Below, piece by piece: positions 24,876-38,600 of a DNA stretch of 64,000 nt. Location of the stretch: NCBI RefSeq assembly GCF_036971445.1, contig NC_091475.1, forward strand, positions 150,102,001 to 150,166,000, in the 5' to 3' direction. The notes beneath the pieces are model-generated. The model was not told where the DNA came from. It searched no databases and worked only from the letters and a program-made list of their open reading frames with translations. The stretch's first letter is position 1, and every line of letters begins with the position of its first letter. The translations under genes were made by a program, and so were the position numbers. The DNA comes from Narcine bancroftii. Its lineage: Eukaryota.

Positions 24876-27800
24876 TGTAAAGGTTTAAAACCTTGTGTTT
24901 TTACTTCTTTGTTAATTTTATGTCTGTCCCTTTAAGAAAAATTGTTCATTGTACTGTAATCATAGTTACTATGACCTCATATGTTGTAATATCTGGGCAT
25001 ATGGGGCATTTGCTTTCATTCTTCGAAGAACCATGCCATCAAAATACTTTGAATTCATCTTAATTATCTATTAATTATATCTTATTATCATTTTATATCA
25101 TTATGTCTTTAAATATATTTAAATGCTTTGTTTATTCATCGTTATGAAAAATCTTGATACAAAGTTATGGAAAATGTTTATCCATTTATAATCAACAAAT
25201 TAAAGCTACTTAGAGCTGTAATTATGAAGTTTGTTTTATTGGATTAATAAGATAGTAATTTAGAATATTGTCACTTACATTTCTGTGAAGATGATATGTT
25301 TTGAAATGAGAGAGATTGTAAAGTGTCGTCTACATTCTTATTCAAAGAAATGTAAAATTGTGAACTTTGTTTGGAAAAAAAGAAATGTAGAAATTTGCTG
25401 AGAGAATTTACAACCAGATTTAAAATTGAGTAGTCTGTAAGAAAATGTCTACCAGCTGATGTCTGACTGCAGACACCTGTGGCCTTGGGAAGATAAGATA
25501 GGACCAAAGCCATTGCTCAGAGCCAGAGAATTGGCAGGAAGCGCAGAAAATGTTTTGAAAACAACCAGAGATATGGAAGCCAGTTTTGGAAGAATGCAAA
25601 GACTTCAGTGAGAGAAATCCTCTTAAAGGGACCACACAAGATACAAATTTGTTTACAGTTCCGAGGAATCAGGAAAAGACAGGCTGCAGTGTGAAGAGCT
25701 GAAAATGGATAAGACGTCTCATTGGGCTAGAGACCTCAAACAAACAGCTCCTCTCAAAAAACTGTTTGATCGTGAGTTGAGCCAGAATGACGGATTGACA
25801 AGGCTTGGCAGGAGATTGGAGCCAGCCACCACTGAAGAAGTGGCTTCAACTACCAAGCAAGAAGAAGACTCCAATAAGGCACTGCAGACCTTATTAGCTG
25901 GTTTACAGGTTAGTGGAACTGAAACAGATGAACGTACATTGCAAAGCCACATTGGTGCTGTAATGAGCAAAATGCTGAAAACAGAGACTCAATCAGTGGT
26001 ATCTGAAAGTTCAGATGTTAATCCTGATGATCGTATTTCTAAGGTTATGAGCACAGAAGATCATCAAAGGTATCTAGAGTAAGTACAGCTTCGCGTGCTT
26101 CAAGCTTATCAGCAATGCATGCTAAGACACAAGCAGACTTGGCTAATATGTGCACAATGTAAGTGGTTTCAGAAAAGACATGCTTTAGAAGATAAGGAAG
26201 CTGAAATGATGAATCAGCAAATGAAGCTAGAGAAGAACAAAAAAGATTATTGAATACACAAAAGAAAAGACGAGAGCTTGAACAACAAGGCCAAAGTAAA
26301 AGCATTATCTTAGGCTTCTGCAAAATCTATCACTCAAAGTGAAATACCCAAAGGGGAATTGTGTAACATTCCAGCAGGTCAATGGGTACCGCGGCCACAA
26401 GAATCAAGTCTACTCGAGCAAGGAACCGTGGGTTGAGCAGCTAGTGCTCGAATGTCAATGACAAACCCGATGGAAACGGCTACCGACATTCAATCTTTTC
26501 CAAGCGCACAATTTATGAATCTTCCTGAAAGGAGAGCATTTCAACCAAGTTCAACCATGTGAGTTGATCATACTCAACAACTGATGTCTCTTCGTGTTGC
26601 TGAAGAACCAGCGAGAAGTCAAAAATCTCCACCAATGCCATCATTTACATACCAAGGAACCCCATCAATGCCATCCCTTACATATCACGGTGCAACACCT
26701 ATGACATCAGTTCAAGTTCAGCCAGCTCCATCCACAACAAGATGACCAGTCCAAAGCCATGGTGGACAAGATTAATATATTATCACTCAAAGCAAAACAA
26801 AATTAAATTTCTACTATGTTAGCACAGCAACAAGAGGGAAATTCCAGTTTTTAAATGGAGATCCATTACAATATCTTACGTTCATAAATTCCTTTGAATA
26901 TCACTTTGAAAGTAATACTAAAAATGCCAAAGATCATTTGTATTACCTGGAACAGTATACTGGAGGACAGGCGAAGGAATTCGTCAAAAGTTGCCAATAT
27001 ATGGATCCAGACCAAGGTTTTAAAAGGGCAAAGAAATGATTGCATCATCATTATGGCGACAAACATAAAATCGCAAGGGTCCACATCGACAAGATTCTTT
27101 CTTGGTCATCAATAAAATCAGAGGATGCAAAGGATTTACAAGTATTTGCACTTTTTCTGAGAGGATGTTGTAACACAATGGGAAGTAGGGTATATTTGCA
27201 AGAGCTGAATTTGCTTGCTAATTTATCAATTATTGTCAACAAATTATCTTATAAGCTGAAGGACTTATGGAGGACCAAAGTTGCAGAACTTAAAATGTTT
27301 CTGGAAGGGATGCCACTTTTGAGGATGTTGTACAATTTTTGGAATGGCATATGTATGTTTACGTCATACCAGCAGATAGAAGTATTAAAGATGATTCAAT
27401 AGCTCCTAAAGATGTAAAGAAGTCTAAATCATCATCTCAACAGAAACCAAAGTACCTTTGTTAGCACAAGAAAGAAGAAGGAAACAATGGAAAAAGATCA
27501 GACTGTTCAAGAAAGTAGTTTATTTTGCAAAGATAAACACGCTTTAGAAAAATGTTCCCGATTGGAGAAAAAGTTGTATGGTGATAAATTAACCTTTTTA
27601 ACGTAGAATGGAATATGTTTCAGTTGCTTGTGTAAAGGACACATTAGTAAAACTTGTAATAAGTGACTCGGTTGTGATATATGCAGTTTAAAACATCCCA
27701 AGTTACAGCATACTCAACGAAGTAAAGTTGAGAAGGATGTCAAACTATCTGAATTCAAGACTAAAGACACAGTCAAAGAGGATGCTTCAGCTTTGGTTCA

Positions 27801-28945
27801 GACAAACTGTCTTACTGCAGCTGGTGACAAAGCTCTCTCAATAGTTTCTGTACAGGCCAAAGCTAAAAAAGGAAGCTTCATACGGAAGACTTATGCAATC
27901 CTTGATCCAGGAAGTACCGCATCATTTTGTGCTGTTGAATTGATAAACAAAATTAATCTTCATGATAAAAGATCACAGATCTTGTTGAAGACAATGAATG
28001 ATGAAAAGAAAATTGAAACTAATATAGTTTCTGGTTTACAGATTGGTGGATTGAATAGCAATGAATTTTGCGATCTTCCAAGTGTATATACTTAGAAGAC
28101 TATGCCTGTGAATAAGGAAAATATTCCATATCAGTATGATATCAAACAGTGGGATCATCTAAAAGATGTTTGCTTACCCAAGATTGATGCTAAGATTAAG
28201 ATGTTAATTTGATTAGATGTACCAGAAGCTCTCGAACCTCTAGAAGTAATAAGGAGTTAAAATGATGGAACTTATGCCGTGAGAATGTTGCTTGAATGGA
28301 CAATTAATGGACCATTAAGATGAAAAATGAATAATGATCAGGAGTTATCCAATGTAAATTTCAACAGAATTTCAGTTGTGAAACTAATGATCTGTGGGAA
28401 CAACAGTTTTCCCTGAATGTCGCAAAGATATTCAAAAACCTTCGAAGGAGGACAAACAGTTTCTGGATTTAGTTTCAATTCTGTTAAACATGTTGATGGT
28501 CATACTGTATAGCATTAGCTTTGAAGAAAAATGAAATTTGTATGCCAGACACTAAAATAATTGCAGAATAAGTGCATGCTGACTTTGAAAAGAAAATTCA
28601 AGAGAAATTCTTCCTTTCATTTGGAATATACCAATGTCATGTCAGATAATGATAACCAAGGGTTATGTGGAAAAGGTATCAGAAGAGGTATCATGGAGTT
28701 AAACATTCACAAAAGGAAAAAAAAACTACGTGATTGTAGAGCATCATTTCAAGGAGTTTCATTGAATTCTCAACTTTTACAAGGTCCAGACTTAACCAGT
28801 ACTTCAATAGGCATTCTGATAAGAGTTTGTAAAGAGCCTATTTCAATTGCTGCAGATATTGAAGCGATGTTTCATCAAGTGAAAGTACTATCAGAAGATC
28901 GTGATTTTCTACAATTGTTATAGTGGCCTAATGGCAATTACAGTA
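24876..28945 (+). mobile_element. Degenerate, 3'-truncated BEL/Pao LTR retrotransposon
   Basis: Gag FNGDPLQYLTF...YYLEQYTGGQAKEFVKSC (about 26850-27000), Cys-His clusters at about 27520-27700, protease TYAILDPGSTASF, and RT start SLNSQLLQGPDLT...ADIEAMFHQVKV. The left boundary is approximate. Confidence 0.85.
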
Positions 28946-29239
28946 ATTTTATTCAATATTCTAAACAATAATCGATAACATTGTTAACTTTATGAATCAA
29001 TATAAAACTGCGGGAGGAACTCAGGAGGTAGTTTGTCTTTTGATCGAGATTTCAGCATCCGCAATCTTATGGCTCCATTCAACTTCCTTATTTTCTTGCA
29101 GGATCAGGCATCCTAGTCTTTTGTACATCAAGCACTAACATGTATAGATCCCAAAGATTTACATTTTCTTAATGCTTAGTTAATTGTTCAACACCATTAT
29201 TCCCTGAGTATTGGTCAACAAGCTCCAAACCCTGGATTT

Positions 29240-32200
29240 CTGCATCTGACATGCTCACGTCACTTCCGGTAGGTGGCGGATATGTCAATAGATAAATAAT
29301 AAAGTCAGTTTTTGGTTCACCCTCAAACTGTGTGGACGTCTCATCATTTTGTAGCTGCGCGGCAGTCGCTACAGTGGTGACCCTGACAGTTCCAATGTCT
29401 TGGAACCCGCATCAAAAGCATCAGAATGCAAGAATCCTCTACTACTATAATCACAACAGCTGCAGCCGGGGGCGTGGCAAGATGGCGTAGAGTCTAGACG
29501 TGTAATCTTGACCTCTCTGGCCAGACTTTTAAGAACCCGTTTTTAACTCTGTTTCCAAATTTAAACTTTTTTAAAAACTTAGTTTAAAGTATTAAGGAAC
29601 CGTTATGGCCACTAATGGTAAAAACCTCAAGTGCAGAAGAAACTACATTTTCGGAGTGTTGAAGATTTAGGGTCTAAACAGCCTGCTACAGCTTCAGGTT
29701 TAATTTCTTCCGTGCCTAGATTGCCTGTGGGAGCTGGAAAATAAATGACTACTACTCACCAGGAGAAGGATATCGCTGGAATTACTTGTTCTCAGGAGGA
29801 AGGTGCGTGTTCCCAAGAAGTGGACCCTGATTCTGGCAGCCTGCCAACTCTAACAGAGGGAGCACGTAGGAAAATGACTCTATTATTTGAAACCACTCAG
29901 GCAGTACTCCAACCTGAAGAGCTCAGTCTTATCCGTGAGTTCTTGAAACAACAGCGAGTTGTGGGGGGAGACCAGCATCAATCTCCTGAGGAGGTCAGGG
30001 TGCCGTCGCTGGGAGTTCAGACTCGCAGTAAGACTGTTAAAATGCCTGCTGTTGAGCTGCAGCAGGAGCTGCAGTTACCTGGTTCTGTCACTACGTTAAA
30101 GAAAGCAGGGTTGAGTCTTTCTGAATTACAATTTAATCTGTTAAATACTGTCACTCAGCCGATAATGCAAGAGTTACCTCAAATGAAAGATAGTATGAGG
30201 TCAGAATTCACTACAGTTAATGCATGTGTGGAAGCATTTTCTGAAGATTTAAAAAAATTTCAGTCTGCTTTTTTGGAATGTAAACAGCAAGTGGCCTCTA
30301 ATACAGAAAAAGTGATGGAGGTGGAAAAATCCGTTAAAGAATTGTGAGAATGTGAGAAGAAGTTAGAGAGGAAAGTAGACTATTTGGAGAATCAAAGCAG
30401 AAGGAATAATGTGAAGATTGTTGGTTTTCCGGAAGGTATGGAAGAACAAGATCCTCTTTGTTTTTTTACAGAATGGATCCCACAAATATTGGGGAAAGAA
30501 TTTTTCTCTGGAGGCTTGGTATTGGAAAGAGCTCATAGAGCCTTAAGAAGAAGACCTCTGCCTGGTCAATCACTAAGACCCGTGATAATTCGATGCTTGA
30601 ATTATTTGGACAGAGAAACAATACTTCGTCTAGCAGTGCAAAATGCGAGACAACGACAAGCTCCGTTAAAGATTCAGAATAGTAGAGTTTTTTTTAATCC
30701 CGATTTGAGTCAAGAGGTTATTCAGCATCGGCATCGATTTAATCCAGTTAAAGAAGTTTTGTGGCGTAAAAGCTATAAGTTTACTTTTTGTTATCCGGCA
30801 GTGTTGAAGGTGTTTTGTGGACACTTTCAATCTCGTTTTTTTAAGAATGAGCGTGAAGCAATGATTTTTGCTGATTCGTTGCCAGATGTAAGAGGACAAA
30901 GATGTAGTCCACCATTGTCTCCTAAAGAAAAATCTGGTTGTTCTGGAAATGGGAGAAATGGGAGAAATGGGAATGGAAAGAGTCCAACTTCTCTTGAAAT
31001 GGGGTCGCTGAGTTTGGAATCTCTTGGATGAATAGAAGAACTTTCTTATTCTTACTTTATTTTTATGTCATTATGATATCTTGTTGTTATTCTTTGTTTG
31101 GCTGGGGAGGGAAAGATTTGCTCTATCCTCTATTAGGCATCAGCCACTGGTGGGTGATCCACACTCAAGTTTGGTTTAGGGATTACTACCTTTTGGTAGT
31201 TTTTTGGGGTTTTTTTTTTACTTTATCTTTTTTTCTATTTTTTTCATTTTCATTTTATTTAGTCTTTAATTTGTGGTTTCTTTTTCTCCTATTGGAGGGC
31301 CTATTTGCGTTGATTTGAGTTTTTATATATCAATATTATTAGTTCTTAGTAATATTAGTAGATATGTCAAAGTTGAGGTTTGCTACTTTTAATGTTCGAG
31401 GTTTAAACAGTCCGATTAAGCGTAAACACATTTTGGCATATATTAAGAAAATGAAAATTGATGTCACTTTTTTTACAAGAAACACATCTGAATGTCAAGG
31501 AAAGTATGAAATTGAAGAGGGATTGGGTAGAGCATGTATATTCTTCTTCATTTAACTCTAGAGCTAAAAGTGTAGCAATTTTGAGACATAAGAATTTATC
31601 TTTTGAATTACAATCAATGGAGGAAAAGGCAGGATGTATTCTTAAATTAAATTGTAAGATTTTTAGTGAACTTTGGACTTTGCTTAATATTTATGCCCCA
31701 AATGAAGATGATGAAACATTTATTTCTGATGCATTTTTATATCTGGGTCAGGCTAATGAGAATGTTTTAGTAAAGGTCTGGGATTACATAAATTTCAACT
31801 TGCTTTTGTATATTTAGCATTATCTGTAGCGAAAAAATGCATTGCTAGTACTTGGAAAGATACGAATATGATTGATATTAATATATGGCATAAGATGAAC
31901 TATTGTTTAATAATGGAAAAAAATCACATATGTTTCGCATGATAACTATAGTTTTTTTATTAATAAGTGTTATATTCAGAATATTTACATTTTGATTTAC
32001 ATTGATTAGATCTTAATATGTATGCTTAATTTTTCTTTAATTTTTTTTCTCTTTATGGCTCTCCTTAGGAGAGTTGGCTGAAAGGGGGGGGGGGGGGTTC
32101 CTTTTTGTTCTCTTTTTTTCTTTCTTTTTTCTTTTATATATATAAAATATATCATTCATGCTTAGTTTATTGTTATATATGTTACTTATTATCTGTATTT

Positions 32201-35152
32201 TGAACGAATAAATAAAGTTTAAAAAAAAAACAACAGCTGCGGCCAACGCGGTGGGCATGTATTTAGTGCCCTTCTGGGCAAACCAACCCAGGAACTGGCC
32301 GAGTCCCAGTTCCAAATCAAGGGAATGGTCTCAGACAACACCAAGTTCTGGCACGTCGGCAGTGCTCTGGACACCACCACTGCTGCCAAAGTATACTCCT
32401 TCGTGGAGAACCCACCAATGGAGCATAAGTACAAGCAGTTCCGGCTGCTCCTCCCCGACTCCCTAGAACTCAGTCAGCATGAGCGTGCCGATTGGATCTT
32501 AAATATGTAGGGCCTGGGCAACAGGAATCCCTCCAAGCTCATGCATGAGATGGTGGCCAGAGCAGATGGGCGTACAGACGGTTTCCTCTTCAAGCCGCTG
32601 GTACACGTTTCCTTGTCAGTTTCGGATATGGATTTCAGCGGCTCGCACCCCACAGCAGAGCTTCCTCCATGTGCAGCCATCTACAATGCCGGCGGCACCA
32701 TCGTGACCAGCCTGCCAGAAACCACAACAGTGGCTGTGGCACAGCAGCAACGTGACGGGCACACAGAGAAGCACCATATGGAGTGGGGATGCCCGCAGGC
32801 TGTTTGAATAGCGGACGATCCATATGTGAATACTTTCTGCCACTGCCAATGGGGCCAGAACGCCCGGTGGTGCACCCCCCCCCCCCATGCTCATACCCCA
32901 CTACCAAACCTAACATGGCGATGGGAAATGAGCAAGCTGGCTGCCGATAGTGGCCTCAGTGGTTGGCACTCTGAAAGGCGTACTCTACCTCAGAGACCAA
33001 CGGACGAAGAGGGTCTTCCTAGTTGACACGGGCGCAGATATCAGCCTCATCCCACTGACGTATTTCGAGGCCAAACACAACCCCAAGGGCCTTCCCCTGC
33101 AAATGGCTAAAGGATCCTCCATCCTGAGCTATGGAACCCGTCTGGTCACCATCCATGTCGTAGACCCAGTCTTCGAGTGGGAGTGCACAATCACGGCCAT
33201 GGGACAGGCACTACTCGGAGTGGACTTCCTATGGGCACACAAACTGCTGGTGGACATAACGAGATGCTGGTTAGTGAATGCTACCACGTTCCAGTCTTTT
33301 CTCCCTCACCTTGCGGCAACATTCTTTCCTGCTGTTAGGGATCCATGCCCTGGACTGAGATGAGTACGTCTGCCTACTGGCCAGCTACCCAGCTTTACTG
33401 GCCCCAATCTTCCATGACTCTAACCTGTCACATGGCGTGGAGCACCACATAGAGTCTGCCGGGCCCCCAGTGCATGCACGGGCCCGGCTTCTGCTGCAAG
33501 ACAAGCTCCTACAAGCCAAGGTCGAGTTTGCCACCATGGAGGAGCTGGGGATCGTCCGCTATTCAAACAGCCTGCGGGCCTCCCCACTCCATATGGTGCA
33601 GAAGAGCTCTGGCGGTTGGCACCCAGAAAGATACCCCATCCCACACGTCCAGGACCGCCATGAGGCCCTAAGGCTGTAGAGTTTTCTCCGAGGTGGACCT
33701 CATCAAAGGATACCACCAGATCCCGGTACACCCCAGCGACATTCCGAAAACGGAAATCGTCACACCCTTCATCCTCCAAGTTCCTGCGGATGCCCTTCGG
33801 ACTAAAAAACGTGGCCCAGTCATACCAGTGATTAATGGACGTGGTCAGCAGGGAAGTCGATTTCATCTTCATCAACTTAGACAACATTTTCATTGCCAGC
33901 CCCATCGCCAGCACTCACAGGATGCATCTGACCCTGCTGTTCAACAGACTGCAGCAGTTCAAGCACACGGTGAACCTGGCCAAGTGCCAATTTGGCTTAG
34001 AGACAATAGACTTTTTGGGGCATCGCATCACCCCAGAGGAAGCCATGCCACTGCCCGACAAGGCAGAGGCCATTCAAAATTTCCCCAAACTCTCCAGGAG
34101 TTCCTGGGGATGATTAACCTCTACCATCACTTCCTACTGGGAACGGCCACCTTCATGAAGCCCCTGTTCGACCTTGTCAAGCTCGGCAACAAGATGCTCC
34201 AGTGGATGTTGGACGCCACAGAAGCCTTCCACGCCACAAAAACAGCACTGGCAAAGGCCACAGTGCTGGCGCACTCAGATTCGACCCCCCCCCCCCCGGC
34301 ACTGACAACAGATGCGTCAGACAGAGCAGTGGGCGCAGTGCTGGAACGATAGGTCAATGAGCACTGGCGCCCCTTTGCTTTCTTCATTAAGCACCTCCGG
34401 ATGCCAGAGCTAAAATACAGTGCGCTCGACCACAAACTGTTGGCCCTGTAGAGGGAGGGGGTTTTCACTGCCTACACAGGCCACAAGCCACTAACCTACG
34501 CACTCAGCAAGGTCTTGGACCCGTGGTTGGTGAGACAACAGCGGCACCTCTCCTACATCTCAGAGTATACCATGGACATTCACCACAGCGCAGGCAAGTC
34601 TAACATGGTGGGTGACGCAATGTCCAGACCCACGACCGCCGCAACCTCAGAAGGGCTCAACATCGCCATCTTGCCAAGGACCAGACGGAGGATGCAGACC
34701 TCCAGGTCTACTGGACGGCCATCACTAGCCTTAAGGTCAGTGATTTCTGCCCTTCACCAGGAGGCCTGCCCCTGCTGTGCGACATCGCCACAGGTTTTCC
34801 CAGACCTATCCTACCTGCAACCTGGCAACAGCAGGTTTTTGACCAGATCCATGGCCTAACCCATCCTCCTCTCTAACAAGTTCATGTAGCATGGCCTCCA
34901 CCAAGATGTGACCCTGTGGGCCCGAACCTGCTTACAGTGCCAGCGCCCAAAGGTAAAAGCCCCACTCCAGATCTACGAGCCAGCACAACGTTGGTTTGAG
35001 CATATCCACGTCAGCCCGCTCCCTGTGAGCCAGAGAATGCAGCATTTGTTCACAATGATTGACTATTTTACCCGCTGGACGGATGCAAAACCTGTGCCTG
35101 CATGCGACACGGAGGCATATACCAGGGCTTTCCTATCCACCTGGTTACCAAG
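29240..35152 (+). mobile_element. Degenerate Gypsy element (CsRn1-like gag/pol) with 5' LTR end and primer-binding site (PBS); gag is interrupted by an L1
   Basis: The LTR end AATAAA...GCTACA (29373) is followed by PBS-like GTGGTGACCCTGAC. Gag AANAVGMYLVPFWANQPRNW resumes at about 32237. Further motifs: protease FLVDTGADIS, RT DLIKGYHQIPV and FINLDN, RNaseH TTDASDRAVGAVLE, integrase CLQCQRPK. No 3' LTR seen. Confidence 0.88.
29468..32230 (+). mobile_element. L1 with intact 5' end, nearly intact ORF1, ORF2 reduced to the endonuclease N-terminus fused to the extreme C-terminus, 3' UTR and poly(A); 14-bp TSD
   Basis: Starts GGGGGCGTGGCAAGATGGCG. ORF1 from about 29605 includes ENQSRRNNVKIVGFPEG, LERAHR and FFNPDLS. 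ORF2 MSKLRFATFNVRGLNSPIKRK...NIYAPNED jumps at about 31770 to ALSVAKKCIASTWK. TSD caacagctgc(a/g)gcc at 29454-29467 and 32231-32244. Confidence 0.93.
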
Positions 35153-35159
35153 CGAGACC

Positions 35160-35500
35160 ATGTGAAAAGACTTGCTGAAGTTCATGTGAATTTTTGTCCA
35201 ATAGTTTCCTACTGCTGACGGAAGGTACACTGGCCTGTAGTTTACTGGCTTATGCCTACTGCCCTTCTTGAATAGGAAAACAATTTTTTTCCCCTCAGAG
35301 ATCCTCCAATTTTCTCCCTTGTTTCCCATACAACAGTTTTCAAGAGATGCTGGGGACTTCATCACTTTGTGCTTCAATATTTCTAATGCTCTTTCCTGAT
35401 AAAATATGTTAAAAAAAATTGCATAAACTTCCCTTAGCTCTCCATCCTTCTCCCTGGTAAATATTGACGTAAAATATTAATTTAGGAAACTGGCCAGGGC
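35160..35500 (-). mobile_element. CR1-clade LINE fragments
   Basis: LFKKGSRHKPVNYRPVYLPSAVG motif typical of CR1 RT. Confidence 0.75.
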
Positions 35501-35674
35501 CATTTTATGATTAAACCACATGCTATTTTTTTTTTTAACTTTCAAGATTGGAAGTAGCGTGCAGCAAAGAGATAGTAGTTCTGGAGGGATTGGAGATGAG
35601 GAGAAAAAAAAAGCACTGTCAGGATTTGTTAGCAATACTGAACAAATAACATGACAAGCAAATTAATGATAAGA

Positions 35675-38600
35675 TGTCATGTATGCACTTATACAATGAG
35701 AACTCGGAGACATGGTACTTTTCTCATTCTTTAATACCTTCAGACTAACATGGCTACTGACATACAGAGATATATATATGGAGGGGTGACATCATGACGT
35801 GGACATCATGATGGACAGCAGGGCGGGCTTATACACAACACTCTCCTTCCCCCCCCCCCCCCCCACTCCCCACCATGCGATAAATGCTGTTTGGGCCCAT
35901 GACTACTAGTGAGAATTAGGGTATATATACTAAGTGATTATAATATGGAAAGGAACTTAATAATAATTATAGAACATAGTCGTTAAAGTGCTCAGGTGGT
36001 CTCCTTTCTCTTTTGGAACGCCTCAGTGTGGTATTTGTTCAGGGCTGTTCTGGATGGGACCCCTAGATATTCAGGTTGATGATGACTGCCGGCCTTCGCT
36101 GGCCTCCGGGGTTCTATGTGCTGGGCTGCTTGTCGCAGTTACTGGGCTACCCATCTCTGCCCCTCTTTCACTCGGCCCAAGGGGTTGGATTGACGTAGCA
36201 AACCACAGCAGGTCTGTTTCTACCTCCTCCAGGTCGTGAGGTAGTTTGTGGACTTTGGTGTCAGACAATGGTCGCAATTGGTCAATGTGTCATTTCATAG
36301 TCTGTCTCCCACTAGAACAGATTATGAGCAGGGATTCAACTTTTGTAGGATCACCCCTACCACCCATGGGTCTTTGTATTGTCTGTAATCTTGTGTCAGT
36401 ACTCTCTCGCCCACCTCCAGTACTCTAGGTAAATGTGGTGATGTGTATTTTTCTAAACGGAGGCACAGGTCAGGGTAAACTGTGGATAGTCTCATCCGCA
36501 GGTTGTAGCCAAACATCATTTCTGCTGGGATGTGTTCTGTGGTAGAATGCAATGTGTTTCTGTACCCGAGTAGGAAATCTGCAATTTTGTAAGTCCAGGA
36601 GGCATTTAGAAGTTTCTTAGTTTTCATCGCCTTTTTGAATGTTTGAACAAAGCGTTCTGCCTCCCCATTAATATTTGGGTGATAGGGTGCTGACAAAATA
36701 TGTTTGGTATTGTTGTGGCACACAAATGTCTTAAAAGGTTCTGATGTAAACTGGGGTCCATTGTCCGTGACCAATTTGTGAGGTAATCCATATGTGACAA
36801 ACATGGCCCGTAGACATTCAATTGTAGAATCGGTTTTGGTGTTTTTTCATATGTGACACAACTGGCCATTTGGAATGTGGAAGACTGTGGAAAGTCTCTC
36901 CCATGAATGGCCCCGCGAAGTCTACGTAAATCCGATACCAGGGTCTGGAAGGCCATTTCCATGAGTTGGCCTCGGCCCTGTGGCATTTTTGGCTGCATTG
37001 ACTGACATATTTTGCATTCTCCCACAGTTGTTTCAATGTCTCTGTGTATTGATGGCCATCAAGCATACATCCGGGCCAGCACTTTAATTCGTACTATTCC
37101 TGGATGGCTGTGGTACAGCTCTGATAATATGGTAGTTTGCCATTTGGCCGGGATAATTGCACAAGTACCCCTAAATATCCTTCTTCAACTGATAGTTCAT
37201 GGCGGTTTGTGAAGTAAGTTTTCAGGTCTTCTGGTATGACCTCAGATTCGGGTCATCCATTAAGGGTGAAGTATAAGACCTTGCTTTATGTTGCCTCCTT
37301 TTGGGTTTCTTTGCCGATCATCTGAGCTGTAATGGGCAGTTGTGTAGTTGATTTTGGTTGATAGCTGCTGCTTCTGATGTCCATTTAATAATTTCTTCTT
37401 TTTGTTCAGTTTCAGGTAGTGGTAAGCGTGATAAGGCATCCACATAGCTGTTGAGTATTCCCGGTTTATAATTTAACTTGTATGTGGCTAGTAGCATGGC
37501 CCATCTTTGAATGCTGGCTGCAGCTAATAATGGTATCTCTTTGTAGGGGCCCAGAAGCAAACTTTGAAGCTTGTTGTCAGTGATGAGGGTGAAATTTCTT
37601 CCGCAGAGATATTGGTGGAGTATTTTTACACCAAAAATTATTGCTAATCCTTCCTTTTCCAGTTGTGTGTAATTGTATTTATTCACTTGCAGTTAATGCG
37701 CACAAAGCGTACGCCATTTGTTGTTCACCCTTCTCTGTGATTTTGGACAATATTGCTCCCAGCTTTACTGGTGAAGCATCAACGGCTGGAGTCACTTCCT
37801 TGATTTGGTCGTAGTGGAACAGAACCTCATTTGTTGACGCTACTATTTCCTTTAGTTGATCGACTGTGTTTTTAGTTTCCGTATCCCAGTACCATTTTTG
37901 ATCTTTCTTGAGTAAGCGGTTTAGGGGGCTGCATAGTATAGACATGTTAGGGATATATTTCTCGTAGTGATCTATGTGCCCTACAAAGGACTGTAATTCT
38001 GACTTGTTGGTTGGACATGGGGCTTTGTGAACAGCTTCTGCGGCTCCATTCAAACCCCATCCTTGTCGATTGTAAATTCCAAGCATGTCACCGAAGGCAG
38101 CATGAAGACCACTTTTCCCGTCGTAATCATACTTTGGCCTGTTTAGTCTGCTTAGGACCTTTTCAAGGTTTTGTAAGTGTTCCTTGTTGTTTTGGTTATG
38201 ATGATGATATCATAAAGGTAACATTGTAGCTTGAATAATCACAGATGCTATTGAAATTCCGTATTGCATGCATGTATAGGTGAACAGTCCCAGGTGGGTA
38301 TTGATTGTTACATATTTTCTTGATTCTTTGTCCAACTCTATTTGTTGGTATGCCTGTGACAAATCCAATTTTGTGTGCTTGGAATAGTTTTTCTGCTTTG
38401 GGCATGGGGTGTTCGGGTATTTGAATGATGGATTGATGGTAACTTTGTAATCGCCGCAAATGCAAATCTCATCGTTTGCTTTGCATACAGGTACGATGGG
38501 TGCTGCCGAATCATTGTATTCATTTAGTTCTAATATGCCTTCATCTTTTAATCTATTTAACTCAGCTTCAATTTTACCTTTCATTGCAAATGGAACTGTT

